DNA of 62,807 nucleotides, counting the filler, from Nitrospinota bacterium (GTDB lineage Bacteria > JAUXIQ01), in NCBI GenBank assembly GCA_030620925.1. It is 9 parts of 9 records of this genome, joined end to end, with 100 filler letters (N's around TTAATTAATTAA, not from the genome) between each part and the next. Parts side by side here need not be neighbours in the genome. Positions count along the whole stretch, not along the records: positions 54,084 to 62,807 come from JAUXIQ010000061.1; 8 more parts are not named here. One strand, 5' to 3'. Below are positions 60,363-62,807 of the stretch, piece by piece. Positions within the stretch are counted from its first letter, which is position 1. Each line of letters starts with the position of its first letter. The translations under genes and the position numbers were made by a program. A model generated the notes under the pieces. That model did not search any database. It saw only the letters and a list, made by a program, of their open reading frames with translations, and was not told the DNA's origin.

Positions 60363-61907
60363 ATGGGCGGCAGGGAAGAAGAGAAGGAATGGCCCCTCTA
60401 CTTCAAGGATTGCCTCTCCATGGGGAACCCGGAGAGCAGCGTGGGCATCTGCACCCTGTGGACAAAGCAGGAGAGGGTCCGAACCCATATAGACGGCAGC
60501 CTCTATTCCGTGCTGGGTAACCTCTACTCCTCGGACGGAATAAACTACCTCCTGCGGAACCTCCTGGCCAACCCGCAGATCAGGCACATCGTGCTCTGCG
60601 GAATGGACGTCACCGGAAGCGGCGAGGCGCTTGTACTTCTTTTTAACCAGGGTATAGACGAAAAGCGACAAATAAAGGGAACAGAAGCCGTTATAGATGA
60701 TAATCTTCCAGATTATGCAATTAAACTGGTTAGAGAAAGGGTGCAGTTAACAGACTTACGCGGGCCAATCCGGGAAGATAAGCTTATTGAGTCAATCAAT
60801 ATTTTTGCCAAGATAGAAAAAATAGAGAAAAAGATAGAACCGCTATACTTCCCCGACCCGGAGCCGCATGCTGAGGTTTACCCCGATCACGACAACGCGA
60901 GGGTAATAAGGGCCCGCCACGTGGTGGAGGCGTGGGTGAAGATAGTGGACGAAGTGATGACCTTCGGCCGGGTCGAAAAGACCGAGCACTCCATAAACCA
61001 GAAGGAGTTATTAAACCTGGCTACGGTGATCACCGATGAGGACCCTGATAAAATAATTTATAAACCCTGGCTCCCTTTTTCACTGGAGCATCTCGAGGGA
61101 CATGCGGGCGGAAACACCCCGGAAGAAGAAGTCTGGCTCCAGTACAAGCTGCCTCTACGAGACCACTACTCGGGGGAAGAAATAGGAGGAAAACACGGTT
61201 ACTACGAGCAGATGGCTTTCACCAGGGAGCTTCCCGACTTGAGCTACACATACGGGCAGCGACTCTGGGATTACAGGGGAGAGAACCAGATTTTCGCCAT
61301 GGTGGAAAGGCTCAAGGAGGCGCTCCACAGCAGGCGGGCGGTGGCCGTCCTCTGGGACCCGGAGCAGGACGCCAATTCTAATAGCCCGCCCTGCCTGAAC
61401 ATCTTGCAGGCGACGGTTCGCGGAGAGAAACTCCATCTCACCGCCTATTTCAGGAGCCACGACGTCTTCCGCGCCTGGCCGGAAAACGCTTTCGCCCTGC
61501 GCAAAATGCAAAAGTTCCTGGCAGGGAGAGTGGAGATAAAGGCCCTGGGAGACCTAACCATCTTTTCGCAGTCGGCACACATCTATGAAGACTGCTGGTC
61601 CAAGGCCAGTGAAATACTTAAGGAGAGACGCCGGGAGTTCAAAAGAGGGAAATATTTTCAGAGAGACGCCAGGGGCAACTTCGTGATAAGGCTGGAAGAG
61701 GGCCTCATCCGCATTTTCCACTACTCGCCCCAGGGTAACCTTATTAATACATTCGAAGGCAAAAGCGCCGACGAGCTGCTCGAGGCCCTGGAGCCGTACA
61801 TATCCCTCACGGGCCATGCGCTCTACCTGGGCAAGGAAATAGCCAGGGCGGAAGCGGCGCTAAAATTACAAATAGAATATCGCCAGGATGGGGACTTTCC
61901 GGCATGA
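60363..61907 (+). CDS. Fusion of an MtrA-like domain, a thymidylate synthase/hydroxymethylase domain and a DUF4346-like domain
   Basis: N-terminal [29 protein letters not shown] (MtrA-like); central YTYGQRL, SRRAV, PPCL, FRSHD..WPEN, SAHIY (TS fold); C-terminal [23 protein letters not shown]. Confidence 0.82.
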   Translation: MGGREEEKEWPLYFKDCLSMGNPESSVGICTLWTKQERVRTHIDGSLYSVLGNLYSSDGINYLLRNLLANPQIRHIVLCGMDVTGSGEALVLLFNQGIDEKRQIKGTEAVIDDNLPDYAIKLVRERVQLTDLRGPIREDKLIESINIFAKIEKIEKKIEPLYFPDPEPHAEVYPDHDNARVIRARHVVEAWVKIVDEVMTFGRVEKTEHSINQKELLNLATVITDEDPDKIIYKPWLPFSLEHLEGHAGGNTPEEEVWLQYKLPLRDHYSGEEIGGKHGYYEQMAFTRELPDLSYTYGQRLWDYRGENQIFAMVERLKEALHSRRAVAVLWDPEQDANSNSPPCLNILQATVRGEKLHLTAYFRSHDVFRAWPENAFALRKMQKFLAGRVEIKALGDLTIFSQSAHIYEDCWSKASEILKERRREFKRGKYFQRDARGNFVIRLEEGLIRIFHYSPQGNLINTFEGKSADELLEALEPYISLTGHALYLGKEIARAEAALKLQIEYRQDGDFPA

Positions 61908-61938
61908 ACCCCGCCCTATTCAAGGAGACGGCATAAAA

Positions 61939-62807
61939 ATGCTGGAAAAGCTTCAGCAGAGAGAAGAGAGGTTCGAAGAGCTGAACCGCCTCATGAGCGA
62001 CGCCGATACGCTCTCCAAGCCCGAGGAGTATAAGAAACTGGCCAAGGAACACGCCGAACTCTCGGAGACGGTAAACCTCTACCGGAGCTTGAAAAAGGTC
62101 AGCAAGGAGATGGAAGACTCCCGGGAACTCATGGATAGCGGTGACGCAGAGCTCGAAGCGCTGGCCAAAGAGGAGCTGGCCCTCCTGGAGGAAGAAGAAA
62201 ACAGGCTTCAACAAGAGCTTCGCCTCCTTCTGCTGCCTAAAGACAGTCTGGGCGACAAAAACGTCATGGTAGAGATACGTGCGGGTACAGGCGGCGACGA
62301 GGCCTGCCTCTTCGCGGCAGACCTTTTCAGGATGTACACCAAATACGCCGAGAGCCAGGGCTGGCGCACCGAACTCATGAGCCAGAACCTCACCGCCCTG
62401 GGCGGAATAAAAGAAGTCATCGCTCTTGTTGAGGGCAAAGGGGCTTACAGCAAGCTCAAATATGAAAGCGGCACGCACCGCGTTCAGCGGGTCCCGACAA
62501 CGGAAACATCGGGCAGGGTGCATACCTCCGCCGTCACCGTGGCCATCCTCCCCGAGGCGGAAGAAGTCGACGTGGAAATAAAGCCCGAAGAAATCCGTGT
62601 AGACGTATTCCGGTCCACCGGGCCCGGCGGGCAGAGCGTGAACACCACCGACTCCGCGGTGAGGATAACCCATTTACCGACCGGTCTGGTGGTATCGTGC
62701 CAGGACGAAAAATCGCAGCATAAAAATAAGGCCAAGGCGCTCAAGGTCCTGCGGGCCAGGCTGCTGGATACCATCCAGCAGGAACAGCAGAAAGAACGAG
62801 CGCATAC
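61939..62807 (+). CDS. prfA: Peptide chain release factor 1, truncated by the window edge
   Basis: Not in the ORF track because it has no stop. From ATG 61939: [22 protein letters not shown] (PxT anticodon), GPGGQSVN. Confidence 0.96.
   Translation, partial: MLEKLQQREERFEELNRLMSDADTLSKPEEYKKLAKEHAELSETVNLYRSLKKVSKEMEDSRELMDSGDAELEALAKEELALLEEEENRLQQELRLLLLPKDSLGDKNVMVEIRAGTGGDEACLFAADLFRMYTKYAESQGWRTELMSQNLTALGGIKEVIALVEGKGAYSKLKYESGTHRVQRVPTTETSGRVHTSAVTVAILPEAEEVDVEIKPEEIRVDVFRSTGPGGQSVNTTDSAVRITHLPTGLVVSCQDEKSQHKNKAKALKVLRARLLDTIQQEQQKERAH

Noticed and set aside
60363-60860. MtrA as evidence of methanogenesis or archaeal contamination
   Set aside because: The domain is fused to TS within a bacterial rho-rpmE-prfA locus, lacks the corrinoid His, and no other mtr genes are present.
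61807-62673. 288-aa minus-strand ORF
   Set aside because: Antisense shadow of prfA.

Overview
This window is not one continuous locus. It is nine contig fragments (1-8614, 8715-13520, 13621-19973, 20074-26283, 26384-33306, 33407-39215, 39316-46495, 46596-53983, 54084-62807) joined by eight identical artificial 100-nt linkers (44 N + TTAATTAATTAA + 44 N). Gene neighbourhoods are therefore meaningful only within a contig. The DNA is bacterial, moderately GC-rich and MAG-like. Gene content suggests a Desulfobacterota/Nitrospinota/Tectomicrobia-like organism, but this is uncertain. Housekeeping blocks: degP, CIRCE-groES-groEL, ispE, rpsF-ssb-rpsR-DUF2232-rplI-dnaB-alr-tgt, and acpS, rho-rpmE-X-prfA. 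Accessory content: archaeal-type PEP carboxylase; a V4R-GAF-HD-GYP gene divergent from an acyltransferase + enolase-superfamily pair; a c-type cytochrome/EbdC-like cluster with USP and radical SAM genes; a CheA with at least five Hpt domains and an MshEN-like motif; a CbbQ/NorQ ATPase + giant VWA + PHP + CoaE cluster; bzd-type benzoyl-CoA reductase ATPase subunits and ferredoxin; a B12-dependent acyl-CoA mutase with an unusual active site; bshC; and several GTAG-type REP palindromes. The best candidate for an undescribed system is the gene between rpmE and prfA, a three-part MtrA-like / thymidylate synthase / DUF4346 fusion at a position where thyX is often found. All calls come from motif recognition by eye; no searches were run.
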